From Octopus bimaculoides (lineage: Eukaryota): a stretch of 64,000 bases of DNA. Of the stretch, positions 27,351 to 41,297 are shown one piece after another. Both the position numbers and the translations under genes were made by a program. The notes below the pieces were generated by a model. The model did no database searches. It was not told the origin of the DNA and saw only the letters and a program-made list of their open reading frames with translations. Position 1 is the first letter of the stretch. Every line of letters starts with the position of its first letter. The DNA is taken from NCBI RefSeq assembly GCF_001194135.2, contig NC_068998.1, forward strand, positions 632,186 through 696,185, given 5' to 3'.

Positions 27351-28007
27351 TGAAATAGATTCCTGGAAAATAAGGATTTAAGAAAAGTATATAAACTGTG
27401 AAGATAAAACAATAATGGAAGTACAGAGTTCAGTAGAGGAGAAAACAACTGTATCTATTGAGAGATGGGGAGAGAGAGGGAGAGGATTAGTGCCTGATTA
27501 GATGTTAAAAATTGGATGAAGGGGTGAAGGTTTGAAGATATTGACTAATTTTGCTGGGATGCAGAGAATGTGCATAAACATGTGTGAATGTTTGTGTTAA
27601 ATAGGGGATTCACTGTCATCAGAATAAGGATATTGAGTTTGTCATGTCAGCGTGGTGAAAATTGAAGATTATTTAACAAAAACAGAAGACAATAAGGAAA
27701 ATACATTTTTACCATTTTTGATTCATAGTGGAATGAGGGAAAAAAGCAGGTCTTTAGAAAAGCTTTGTTTTGTTCTAAATGTTGTTCTTCAGAGAAAAGT
27801 AAAGGAGGAAGGAAGATACTGTACAACTATGTTTCTATGTATGTGTCTAATAGATAGTGTGTATCAATACGTGTGTAAGTGTGTATAATATTCTCAAATA
27901 GCAACTGATTCCAACTTGTTCAACCCTTTCAACTCATGCCAGTATGAAAAGCTGGCATGAGATGATGATATGTGTGTGTGTCTATGGATGTCTGTGAATG
28001 TAACGTG

Positions 28008-28040
<33 letters not shown>

Positions 28041-28192
28041 ATATGGTTGATAAGTGAACCATTGAAAACTATTTTTTTTCATACTTGAATGGAACAATGA
28101 TTACTCTAAGATCTTTGGTCATGAAATTCCAGCCCCACTCACTCTCTTTCCTTTCATGCTTAGCTTGAAGATTCCTTCCTTCTGTCTTCCAG

Positions 28193-28278
28193 GCACACTC
28201 CATGTTGGAGATGAAATACGGGAAATCAATGGATTTAGTGTTCGCAATAAAACAGTGGAAATGTTACAAAGGATGTTG
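28193..28278 (+). CDS. CASK: CASK PDZ exon ([29 protein letters not shown])
   Basis: 86 nt, phase 1-0, ttccag| and |gtaaga. Joins in frame to the previous exon and matches [20 protein letters not shown]...VE.LQ.ML. Confidence 0.97.
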
Positions 28279-31094
28279 GTAAGAGAGTCTTTGACTATTT
28301 ACTTCAAATGGAACAAATATATTCATTTAGAAATTGTTAATTATACAGTTGTATTTGAGTTGTGTTTAATGAGACTTGTAGCTAAATGTCGATTTGAGAC
28401 ACTGGCACTGTGGACTCTTATGGCACTGTGTGTTCCCTTATGTCAGCAGGGTCCATAAAGAGACTAACTAACCTAAACAGTTTCACTACTGAATCTATCA
28501 GTTCTAAATTCAGTTCCACAGTGAGCATGGAAATGGTTGGTCTTTCCTACCCACATATGCACACTAGGCTTAATCTTTGTGAGATTCACAGAAAGAAATC
28601 TTTCCCAGCTCAAACCTAATTAATTGTTAGACTCCAAAATTAACCAAAATAGACTTCTTTTTTTTATATATAAAAGACCCGAGTTTAGAAGAATACATTC
28701 CCTAATTAAAACTCTCTCAAATCATACAACTCAATAAACTGTTTATCAAGATGCTGTTATTTTCTGTGGTACTATTTCTTCAAATCAGGTTCTCTTTGAT
28801 AAAGTGGATCTCTCCCAAAAGAAAGTGAATTTACTGTATCTAAATCATATCCCATAATGCAATGGACTTCTGCTCCGCTTGTCTTTTTGATAAAACTGTT
28901 ATACTCCTCCAGCCATTCTTGGACATCTCCCCACCCTTTTATCTTCCATAACCATTCTCTAAAGTGTCTTCCTCCTTCCTTCTCTAAATACCAATAAACC
29001 AGTTAATCAGTTCAATAATCAATAACCATAAATATTTTTTTGACAAAATCAATTTTCTCCCAAATGATAAATGTTTATGGAAACCCTTCATGACTTTAGC
29101 TTTCATTGTAGAAAGTCAAGAGCATTATTGGTTGATCTGACAGGGCACCTGGGTGGCGAGTTCCATGGGTCATACCACTCTGTTATATTCAAGGTCATTG
29201 ATGATGTGTCTCTAGTATGTCCATAAACCACTATGGCCAACACACAAGACTCTCAAATGGCCCAGTCCAGTTAGCTGTAAATAGTTACAAGGTAGACACA
29301 ACATAGTTCTATCGTGCCTATGCTGCTTGGTGCAGCAAGTCAATCATAGCTTGTAGTGTTGAGTTCAATCCCTGCTGTAGGTAGAGGGAGGATGGGAATG
29401 TACTGCACTGAACTACCCCCATATACACTACATGAAATGTTCAGTGTGGTACCCTTGTCAACCAGGAGCTCCAGTCTCACTAGATGAGAGAAGTGTTATA
29501 TCAACATTAAATCTTGTTGATTTGTGCTGAAATGTTTCTACAGGTTGAAAATCTTTGGTCATTGTGACTTATTTCAATGTGGAAAACCTATCATTCAAAT
29601 CCTAAGTGATTTTAAATGCTGTGGGTCTCATGAATCGACAGTCTCACATTTGATTGAATTTTTATGAAACATTCCAGAAATTTAGAATTTTAATTGTTAA
29701 ATGAATTATAGACATTTTGTATAGAAATAATCAACAACTTGCTTTGCTTGAAGCTAACATTAATACATTGACTGGCAGTTACAAATAAGTTAATTTCTTC
29801 AATTAGTTAATGGTTCCAATGACTAAAGAATCATTATTGCTTAAATATATTTCTACACCCCACTAACAGCTACTTATACAAAAAACAACAGGTAATTAAA
29901 ATATTATCATACAGACACTAGCAATTAGAGGTGACTTCAATAATGTACAAATGTGATGAGGAAAATTAAAGTGTGGAGGAGCCTGGATTAAAACCATCGT
30001 AAGATATTAGCATTGATTGTTGCTATAGTAAAAACTGAAGAAACGAGGCCCTTTGGCTGTAATAATCACGGTGAGTAGTGCAAAGTACAGAACCAGATAA
30101 GAAACAGCAAGATTTTTTTGGTTTTATTTATATGTGAGGTGGTCTTCAGCTCAGTCGCTTGACATCATTTACAGAGAGGTGATATGATGCAATGAAGTTT
30201 ATTTATTTTCCTATTAAACATTTTTGAGTAATCACCTCTTTGGTAACAGATTTCCAATGTTTCATTTAATGCTTTGTTTTAGTTTTGACAGCAAGAGCGA
30301 CAAGGGACTGGTTGTGCAATTCAGGAAGAATAAATACCACAAAATATTTATGTATAAATATACCAGTTTACTGGTAATTTTAACTGATATGTTCCTCTTT
30401 TGTCTGTACACATACAACACATACACAAGCTGCTATAGTTTCCCTCTACTGTCAGTCACAACACACTGATTAACCTGTGCCTATTGTAGAAGAAGCTTAC
30501 AGAAGGCTACTCAGAAAAATTGAACCAGGAACCACAAGGTTGTGAAACATGCTTTTTAAACCACACAACCAATGCTTACTCTAGAAGAAGCCTATGTTTA
30601 TTACATAGGTGTGAAACCATCAACCACCTGGTTTGGGGCTCAAACACCCTCACCTCACAATAGATAGAAGAATCTTTGAAAAAACTGAAAAAAATTAATG
30701 ACTAGCTTTTATTTCCTTCGTTCTTCTTAATTACATTCCATATTTCCAGTAATTATCTTCAGTTAATAACTTAGATCCATTTTAAAATGAAGAATGAAAA
30801 ATGTCAATGGTGGAATTCCATTTTTGGGATGTAGGAAAACAAGAGAAATGGATATTTTTTTAATATGAATTTCAAATTAAGGCTCTCAAAAAATCAATAT
30901 AATGGCACTATTGAACAGAGAATTTATTTTTTGAATCTTCATTTGTTTTTTTCTAAAGTAGGAAGCTATTTGAAAATGAGAAAAATGTTCAAGAATTAGA
31001 AACTGAAGTGTGTGTGTGTGTTTTGAGGTCAGCTACTTTTTTCTTCCCATCTAAAATTATTCTTAAAATTTAATGAAGTGATATTGAAGACAGA

Positions 31095-31330
31095 GAATCA
31101 ACCATGTTAATACCAACACCACAAATAAAAATGATAGTTTTTGGCATAAAGCTAGTAATTTTAAGGGGAGCGAGAAGTTGAATATATTGACCCCAGTACT
31201 TATTTTATTGACCCTGAAAAGTTGAAAGGTGAAGCTGACCTCAATAGAATTTGAACTTGGAATGTAAAGAGGCAGAAGAAATGCTGCTAAGCATTTTGTC
31301 CAAAACACGGAGGGTTCAGCCAATTCATCG
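31095..31330 (-). mobile_element. SINE copy (same family as 14517-14745)
   Basis: Contains ttgaccccagtac...gaaaggtgaagctgacctc...gaatttgaact core. Confidence 0.75.
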
Positions 31331-31636
31331 ACATACTGGCTTCAGATTTTGACACAAGGCCAGCAGTTTTAAGGGAGAGGATTAGCCAAATTACATGAAT
31401 TCCAGTTTTCAACTGGAATTTATTGACTGCAATTTTTGGTAAGTCATCTTATCCGCAGATGATATCTCAATCTTCAATCACATAATATGGCAAATGTAAT
31501 TGGTCAATTGCTTTACCGAGGTTCTTGTAAACCTAGGATGCTGCTGCTGATTGGCTGAAAGACTTCCACGAGAAGTGAGGAAAGCAAGAAAAGTAGAAAA
31601 TCTTTTCTCTTCTCTTTTTTAAACATTTATTGACAG

Positions 31637-31663
31637 CAAAAATCAGTTTTGAAATTCTATCAG
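31637..31663 (+). CDS. Candidate 27-nt microexon (QKSVLKFYQ)
   Basis: Pyrimidine tract plus ttgacag| acceptor, CAG|GTAAGA consensus donor, phase 0-0, open in the CASK frame. Confidence 0.35.
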
Positions 31664-33844
31664 GTAAGAATTAAGTTCCAGTGCTTATTGCACAAAACAA
31701 AACTGGATGCATAGGAACCGATTCCGGACTCTTAAGTGACCTTCATGTCCATGATTAACACCACCACCACCACCACCACCACTATGATTTGCTCTCTGTT
31801 CTCTTAATCAAGTACACCCTCATGGTCTTTAGAGCGCATTAGTGCCAGCGTCTTCTCCATTTCCACTGTCCCCTACACACACACACACAGTCTGCTCCAG
31901 ACAGACACTCGCTTTGTTCATACTCAATTGCTCAGAAGAACTTTTATAAAAGAACTCATCAAACATCAATATCTGATAGTAATTAATATTAAATAACCTT
32001 CATTTTGTTGCTGACTAAACAAATATTTATGCAGTTCTGTGTGTGTGTGTGTGAAAATGGAAATCTATAAATAATAGAAAGTAGACTGAAGTAATTTCGA
32101 TTTACAACAGCATGAAGTATTCTTGTTGTTGTTAATGCTAACCACTTGAAATACAGTCTCCTTTGTGTGTGTGTGCGCACGCGTGTGGACCCATGTAATA
32201 TGTGTGTAAATATATATTGAAGAAATTGGGATCAACAAGTAGTACAGATGGATAGTTATTTTTTTAATAACTATCCGATTGTCCTCCATCTTGTTGACTC
32301 CAATTTCTTCAATTTTATATTCTCACACAACAAATACCCAAACATAAACATGGAAGTATGTAATAATGCTACCAGATAGAATTGGGTAATTCTGAGGGTG
32401 GACGAGCTTTATACTGTACTTTGCCAACTTCCTAATGGAATATACCATAACTATATATATATATATAATAATATAGATTTAATCAAAAGATTAAATGTGG
32501 TACTTAAAATGTTTGTGGCACCAGAATTTGGTAGGGAAAAAACCAAAAACAAAATAATCAAAAGATTTTCAGAGAAGCACAAATGTAAAAGAAACACACA
32601 CAAATTGTTTCAGCTGGGGGATATAGTTAAAGAGACTTGCTCAAGGTGTCACACAGTAGGATTGAACCAAAAACCATGGACTAGTGAAGCAAACTTCTCA
32701 ATAGGGTCAATCTTTTATATATATTATTTGTTGTTTGCATTATATTTTATCAGAGCTGGGAACTTCAGAAAACATTACTCAGAGTTTTTCATTTCCAATC
32801 ATCATGAAATTATTGGTTGATGGAACAACACAAAGAATATAATGGAACATTATTTGAATAACAATTTGATAATGGGCTGGAAGATAACAATGCAGCCATT
32901 GTACTCAAAATATAAATGAAATAATAAAAGAGAGACACAGAGATTATTCCAGTTAAAGAAGAGAAAGATGTGTGTGTTGAATAAACTAACAATTAATAAA
33001 ATGAAATAAAAATATGTGTGAAGAATTATTAATCAAAGACAAAGTTTAAAAATGTATGAATGTTAAAAGCAGAAGAAAGATTAAAAGGAATCTGGCAAAA
33101 GCTGGGAAGCAGAGAAGAAATTTTGAAAAGTTTAGTTGAAAGTAAAATGTGGTTTTGCAGTCAATTGATTTTGAGGAGATGAAGGTGTAAAAAGTAAATT
33201 TATGAAAAAACTTTTGTAGTGAGAAGCACTTAGAATATAAGTCGCAAAGATGGGTATCCAAAGATAATAGGCAAAATGGCAAAGTAAATATTTAAAAGTA
33301 TGCCTACAAGAAATTCATAGTCCAAACCTTTTATTTAATGCATGAGAATTATCTCAAGATAGATTTAAGTTACAAGGAACATGCTGGTGAAAAGTTGCTT
33401 GTTGCAAAATGTTCCATTTTATTTAAAATGCAACTGGAGTGGATTCTGGAAAGAAACAAAGTTAGGGTAACTTTTTGAAAAGTTATTTCTTTGGATGTTT
33501 AAAGGAGTTTATATGGCTGTGAAAAACAAGAATTTTAATTTATTCTCAGCCAATCTGCTATTTTAATTATATTCTGCTGGTGTCTGTTCTTTAGTGCAAT
33601 ATCCAGTGATTTACCCCAGTATAATTATCCTATCAAAATCTGCTGTTAGTCAGTCAAATATGTCAGCTCGTCTTTCAAAGACCCATCTTATGTCCCTTTC
33701 TTTGTTATCAACACAAGATAGGAAACAAAAAGTTGATGAATGATTTCTGATCAACAGTTAATTAATGATCTGTGAAGTTTCAGCATCAAATAAACTATCA
33801 TACTCTATTGATTACATTCTTATGTTTTATACACACACACATAA

Positions 33845-35283
33845 AGGGTAGCTTAAAATCCCTACAGGACAACTTACTGAGTGCCACAGACCAAGTCTGT
33901 GGATGGTGCAAAGTCCCTTCCAGACCTAGAGTTATGTGTTGGTGGAATAATATGGTAGACAAAGCCATCAGAGCAAAGAAACAGGCCTGGAAAGCCTGGA
34001 AGGGTGGGGATAGCAAGGAACTGTACCAGATAGCCAGAAGAGAGGCTGGGCAACAGATGTATACAGCCAAGAGAGAAGCAGAAAAGAAGAAGTTTGCCAA
34101 TGTCCAGCAATGTGAGGATCAAAGAACTGAAGTATTTCGGATTGCAAGAAGGTATGTGAGAGAAAATTGTAATGTCACAGGAGACAAATGTGTCTGCATG
34201 GATGATGGTGCACTTGCTTTTAATGATTTGGGAAAAGAAAGAGTCTTGGAGATGCCATTATGAAAGACTGCTGAATGTGGAGAATGAATGGGAGGAGGAG
34301 AGCCTGCCAAATGTTGACCCAGTAGGGGGACTAGCTATCCGAATAGACAGTATCCTGGTAGATAAAGCAATTAAGGGTATGAAGTCAGGAAAAGCCCCCG
34401 GCCCATCAGGAATCACTGATGAGATGCTTACAACATCTGGTGTTGTAGGCTATGGTCTAGTCACCCAAATTGTAAACCAGGTAGTTCATGATGGAATCAT
34501 ACCCAATGACTGGCATAGCAGCACCATTGTCAAGTGCTACAAGGGTAAAGGTGATGCTCTAGATAGAAATAACTACAGGGGTATCAAACTGCTGGATCAG
34601 GTGATGAAGTTTCACGGAGAGGGTCATAGCCCATCTTATTAGGGAGAGAGACTGCTTAGATGAGATGCAGTTCGGTTTTGTGCCAGGTAGAAGCACCACT
34701 GATGCCATATTCTTGGTTCGACAACTGCAGGAGAAATACCTAGCTAAAGATAAACCCCTATACTTAGCTTTCGTGGACTTGACAGGATCCCCCGATCCCT
34801 TATCTGGTGGGTGATGCAGAAACTGGGGATAGACAAATGGTTAATAAGGGCTGTACAGGTTCTATACAGAGAGGCCGTTAGTAAGGTTAGGATCGGCAAT
34901 TAGTATAGTGAAGAATTCTAGGTAGAAGTAGGGTCCACTAAGGTTCAGCCCTCAGTCCCCTTTTATTCATAATAGTCCTCCAGGCAATAACAGAGGAATT
35001 CAAGACAGGTTGCCCCTAGGAGCTCCTCTATGCTGATGACCTGGCCCTCATAGAAGAATCACTCCCAGAACTAGAGAAGAAATTCAACTAAGTAGGAAGG
35101 CAAACACATCACACAACCTCTTCAGGTAGGTGGCCCTGCTCAATCTGTAGAAAAGGCATAGGTAGAAACCCCATAAGATATACCCAGTGTAAGCTATGAA
35201 CACATAAGAGGTGCAGCAATATCAAAGGAAGGCTAACCGGGAAGATAGCTTTCGTGTGTGGCAGATGCACAGGAGCAATAAAC
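33845..35283 (+). mobile_element. 5'-truncated, frameshifted RTE-clade LINE (EN-RT linker, RT domain, Cys/His cluster)
   Basis: Motifs WWNNMVDKAI, KAIKGMKSGKAPGPSG, YKGKGDALDRNNYRGIKLL, QFGFVPGRSTTDAIF, AFVDL and LLYADDL, interrupted by stops, frameshifts and deletions. Confidence 0.95.
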
Positions 35284-35349
35284 ACACATTATATACATAC
35301 ATATATACATACATACATACATATACATACATACATACACACACACACA

Positions 35350-35381
<32 letters not shown>

Positions 35382-35446
35382 CATACATACATACATATAC
35401 ACACACATACATACATACACACACACATACACACACATACATACAC

Positions 35447-35478
<32 letters not shown>

Positions 35479-35864
35479 ACATACATATACATACATACAT
35501 ACATATATATACACATACATACACATACACACACATACATATATATACATACACATACATACATACACATACATATATACACATACATATATACACATAC
35601 ATATATACACATACATATATACACATACATATATACACATANNNNNNNNNNNNNNNNNNNNNNNNNNNNNNNNNNNNNNNNNNNNNNNNNNNNNNNNNNN
35701 NNNNNNNNNNNNNNNNNNNNNNNNNNNNNNNNNNNNNNNNNNNNNNNNNNNNNNNNNNNNNNNNNNNNNNNNNNNNNNNNNNNNNNNNNNNNNNNNNNNN
35801 NNNNNNNNNNNNNNNNNNNNNNNNNCATATACATATATATATATATATACATACATACATACAC

Positions 35865-35895
<31 letters not shown>

Positions 35896-35900
35896 CATAC
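35284..35900. repeat. Compound (CATA)/(CA)/(TA) microsatellite with an N-gap
   Basis: Directly visible. It is the source of several spurious HIY/VCM ORFs. Confidence 0.95.
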
Positions 35901-36056
35901 ACTCTGAGTGGTTGGCGTTAGGAAGGGCATCAAGCTGTAGAAACTCTGCCAAATCAGACTGGAGCCTGGTGTTGCCATCCGGTTTCACCAGTCCTCAGTC
36001 AAATCGTCCAACCCATGCTAGCATGGAAAGCGGACGTTAAACGATGATGATGATGA
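35901..36056 (+). mobile_element. RTE/SINE shared 3' tail ending in (GAT)n
   Basis: gagtggttggcgttaggaagggcat...catggaaagcggacgttaaacgatgatgatgatga. Copies at 39649-39841(-), 44817-44935(-), 42240-42370(+) and 62020-62200(+). Confidence 0.85.
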
Positions 36057-36260
36057 CATACATATATATACATATATATATATATATATACATACATATA
36101 TACACATACATATATATACACATACATATATATACACATACATATATATACACACATATACAAATACATACATTTATATTGTAAAATCTTCAAACTGTTT
36201 ATCTGTTTAGTTAGGCCAACAATACAACACATTATTATTATTATTATTATCATAATTATA

Positions 36261-36291
<31 letters not shown>

Positions 36292-36898
36292 GCATACCCA
36301 CCCAAAAAAAAACACACACACAGAGCCATGCTAATACTATAACAGTTATTACTTGAATGTTTTGGTTATTTCAATAATGCAGAAAACGTTTCTGGAAACT
36401 GAAAATATTAATAAATTTATTTAAACAACAACGGCAGCAGCAGCAGCAGCAACATTATTGGGGTGGGAGGTGGTCGTAGTGGTGTGGTAGTAGTGGTGTG
36501 GTAGTAGTGGTGTGGTAGTAGCAGCAGCAGCAGCAACGAAAGTTATTGAAACTTGCAATGCTTGTTGTCATAACTCTTCAGTCAAAATTCCTCATTATCA
36601 AATGTTGATTTCTGGTTTGGAGTTTAGTGATGCCATTTCATGCCAACTTAAATATTTGTTAGACACTTAACGTGCACACAGACTTTTATACATTTGCGTA
36701 TGTATATATGTATATACAACTGTATGTATATGTATATTATTGCATTATGCTTTTTTCTTACATCACCTCCCTGCTGTATTAATTCCTATATACAAACATT
36801 CATATGAATAAATGCATAAATTCATATATGTATTAATATAGGTATGTGTATATATAAATAGATGTATAATATATATGTATATATAAATAATGTTATAA

Positions 36899-36930
<32 letters not shown>

Positions 36931-38195
36931 NNNNNNNNNNNNNNNNNNNNNNNNNNNNNNNNNNNNNNNNNNNNNNNNNNNNNNNNNNNNNNNNNNNNNN
37001 NNNNNNNNNNNNNNNNNNNNNNNNNNNNNNNNNNNNNNNNNNNNNNNNNNNNNNNNNNNNNNNNNNNNNNNNNNNNNNNNNNNNNNNNNNNNNNNNNNNN
37101 NNNNNNNNNNNNNNNNNNNNNNNNNNNNNNNNNNNNNNNNNNNNNNNATATATATATATATATATATATAGGTATTACCTTATAGAAATGAGAAAGCAGT
37201 GCCTGGAATAAGCTGGAGGTGGGTGATTGAAGTAGATTTCTATATTGATAAGACAGGGAATAAAATTTGCCATTTTGTAGAGATTTTTTTTTCCTACTAT
37301 TTATTTATTTTTTTAAATATTGCAAAAGAAACAGCCTCCATTGCGAAGCCATTAGAACTGACTGACATAATATAGTTTTATTTTATTGTTGAAGTTGTTT
37401 GTGTATGAGTGTTGGGAATGTTTGTGTATGCATGCAATGGGCTTTTATGTCCCTATATATGTGCCTCTCTCTCACTCTTATTCTCACCTTCTCTCTCTCA
37501 CACACATACATTGTGTGTGTAGTAACACTAACAAGCTAGAACTTTCTTTAAATATAACATGATTAGTGTTAAAATTCAGTGTGCGTGTGTGTGTGTGTGT
37601 GTGCGTGCATAGATATGCACACACACACATATATACACATGTGCATGTGGGTAGCTACATATCTATTCATACACACGTGTGTATATAACATGCATATAGG
37701 TGTGTGTGTGTGTGTGTATATTTATATTTGCACATGCACACATTTACTTAAATATATTGTTTATAATGAAGAGAAAAACTAAAAGCACTCAGTACATGAT
37801 GGAGAGTATATACTCATTCCAGTTAATGCCTTCTCCCACAGCTTCAAGTTGCATGAATGTTCAATCATACAGCCATGTTGGTGTAGAGATCAACATAACT
37901 GCACGACTGAGTGAACATTTGGGAATCTTGAGCTAATGGCAGAAGGCATCAGCTAACTAAATAAACTCATATATAATATACACATCCCATATATGATATA
38001 TATTTATATCACATATGTGATATGTATGTGTGTATGTTTATATATTCATTGAAGCACAAGATGAAAGCAAAAATAATATTAGATGTAACAAAATAACAAC
38101 AAAGCCACAATAACTGAGCGAAATGTTGTACAAAGTTTATGGCAGAATGTGAACAGAATACTATTAATATAAAATAATGGATGAATGTTGATATA

Positions 38196-38266
<71 letters not shown>

Positions 38267-39109
38267 TTTCTTTGTTTTGCTCACTTTTATCGACAGATTT
38301 AATTCTGTCGTTGCTGACTCTAGCTCCGACATTCCGCTGCTGCTGCTGCTACTACTTCTACAGTGTCACTAGAAGTGTGATGAAGCTGTACAAATTACAT
38401 TATCATTTTGTTAGGTCAATGGGTAGGTGGGGGGGTATCAGAGCATGTTGTTATTGTTGTTGCTCGACCCTGATCGGCTGTGATCAAAGACCAAAGACAC
38501 TGCAGATGTGACCATCCTTTAAGATCATTTAGAACTATATTATCTACTGTAACCTTCCTCTATTTAAGGCTGTACAATATGATTTTCAGGTTGGCTGCTA
38601 TTTTTAGCTGATTGGAAAACTACAGAAGCTCCTTCACTAGGATGCAGGTATCAGAGGGTTTTTGAGGCGATGGACAGGCAATGGTGATTGTTGTTGTTTA
38701 GCCTTGGCCGACTCTTTATAGTCAGTCTAAGGATCAAAATGTGTTACTGTCATCACCAGATTCTGTGCTTCTTGGACCACATTATCCAATGAACACTTCT
38801 TTTTCATGTGCTAGAGATTTTACTGAGGATGTATATTAGAAATGACATATGACCTGGAATTTTGAGGTGGTAGTAGTAGTAGTGTTAGAGCTGTGATTAT
38901 TGAACCTTGCAGAAGCTGTTAGAAGATTGAGATATGTGGATAGCATTGTAGACTAAACCTAGCCAACCCAGCTCAGTATTTGCAACAACAGGTGTAAAAC
39001 CAAACAAGATAATGAAGGGATAATAATATTTAGTGTTGTCTTTGATATTAAACATGGATAAAGTATTAACATTTTGAGTTTTTCTCCTGTAGGTATTTAA
39101 GTAAAAGCA

Positions 39110-39142
<33 letters not shown>

Positions 39143-39648
39143 ATTCTATATACCTCAACATATTGACCCTATCTCCCACAAACTGTTGAATCTGTGGTGA
39201 AGAAGTTCCAGATTTTTTTGAAAGGTTACTTAAAATAGATTGCTATCCTAAAAATAGAAATATTTATTTTTTTATCTTATTAAGTCTCATGAAACTGGAA
39301 CAAACCACTTCCCCCACAAGTGTCTCCCTGGCTATTACAGAAATGTATGTCTACACACAAGCAGTGTTGTCATATTTTAGTCTAATGTACAAGTAGTTAT
39401 GTCAGTCTTTACAACCTCTTTCTATTGATATTGTAATAGAATCAATCAACCAATGATGTGTTAACATTAATGGGCTGCAATGCTTATATTACTCCACTAA
39501 ACAACAGTTCTTAGCCAACACTGTACACACATCTGTAAACACCCTGTCTGATTATACAATATATAAACTTCATACGTTATACAATAGATAGAGACACAGG
39601 TAAACACACTGTGTGATATACAATATAGACAATAAATATTGTACAACC

Positions 39649-39841
39649 ATCATCATCATCGTTTAACGTCCATTTTCCATGCTGGCATGGGTTGGACAGT
39701 TTGACTGGGGATTGGGAAGACAAGAGGCTGCACCAGGCCCCAATCTGATCTGGCAGTGTTTCTACAGTTGGATGCCCTTCCTAATGCTAACCACTCCGAG
39801 AGTGTAGTGGGTGCTTTTTACATGCCACCGGCACAGGAGCC
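39649..39841 (-). mobile_element. RTE-tail-type SINE copy
   Basis: Reverse complement of the 35901-36056 tail, starting catcatcatcgtttaacgtcc. Confidence 0.85.
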
Positions 39842-41256
39842 AGAGGAGCTATGATGTACCAGTAATACAGAACAGGGATGCCCTTCTGCACCATTAGCTG
39901 ACTGTTTCACCTGGGAATTTATAAATCTGAAGATATAAGACATTAATTTGTTGCTTCTTCATGTTCCACTTTCTCTGTCTACTAATCAACCATTTCTGGT
40001 ATAATCTAGAAATAAATATGAACCAACCAAAAGAGAGAAATCCATTCATGAGTCACACAAATTCTTAGAACTTACAGTTAACTCTCATTTCTGTTGCATT
40101 CATCATGTGAAAAGTTGCTAGTTTATTAACGGAAAGTATTCCAGAAAAGCTTGGAGTTTACTTTCAATGGTAAGATTGAATAAGGCATGTAGAATTAAGT
40201 GTCTTGTTCACAAACGCAATATTGATCAGCTACATTAGATATAAACTGACAGCTCATTGGTTACTAATCTAATATTTCATTCACTCAGCCACTAAATTAT
40301 TGTAAAAATTCTGTTGATGTCGCATGTTACTGCTACATGAATTCCCACATGTGGTTAGGAAGGCCAGAAAAAAACAGTGCACAATATTCAGTAATGAGGG
40401 GAAAACGTGTTGAACATACAGATTGTTGATTCCAAGTTTATAGTTTGTTTGAATCAAGTAGAAAGCAAAGTGAGTGTCTGTGTGTATATCTACACATTGA
40501 TGTGTGTATACATATACATTAATGTATATGTAGACATTCTTGTGTGCTTGAAATGTTGTATGTAGTGTATGAGTATATATAGTATATAACAGCTTGAGGC
40601 CGGTCATAAAAATAATGTGTGTGTGTGTGTGTAGGAAAAAGGGAGAGTGGGGACAACAACACTGAGGAAAGCAGAGAGAGAGAGAGAGAGACTGAAAGAG
40701 AGAAAGAGAGAGAGAGAGACAGACAGACAGAAAAAAAAAAGCAGAAAGATAATGAGAGAGAAATTAAATATCTGAGAATTTAACTCTCAACTTTAATGGT
40801 TCTTTTTTAATTACATTTCTAAATTGTTGATATCTCAATAAAAGCGTGTGTGTGTGTGTGTTTATTGTCATAATACAGAACAGTTAACCAATTAAACCAA
40901 CAGCAGCAGCATCATCACAAGGAGATACAAAGAATTTTCAAAATGTTTGTTAACATAAATTACAGAAACCTCAAAAACAAACAGAAATTTATTCCTAAAA
41001 CCATTTTTTTACTAAAGCATTTTCACCAAATAAATTGTCCATAATTGAATTCAACTCTGAATAAAATTTCCTTTATTCATTAGCATAATGTTTATTTCAC
41101 AAATATATTTACAACATTTACTTCTTTTGTTTGGTAAACAATGGTGGGGGTGAGAGTGGGGTGAGAATATACGAGGAGCGTGTTTCTGGTTTGGATTCAT
41201 GTAAATGTTTCACTAGGGAGTTGTTACTTCAGAGGGTGATAAAAGCTCTCTCAAAC

Positions 41257-41297
<41 letters not shown>

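Noticed and set aside
37171-37182. 12-nt identity (ggtattacctta) to the start of exon 25586
   Set aside because: Too short, with no continuing homology; consistent with chance.
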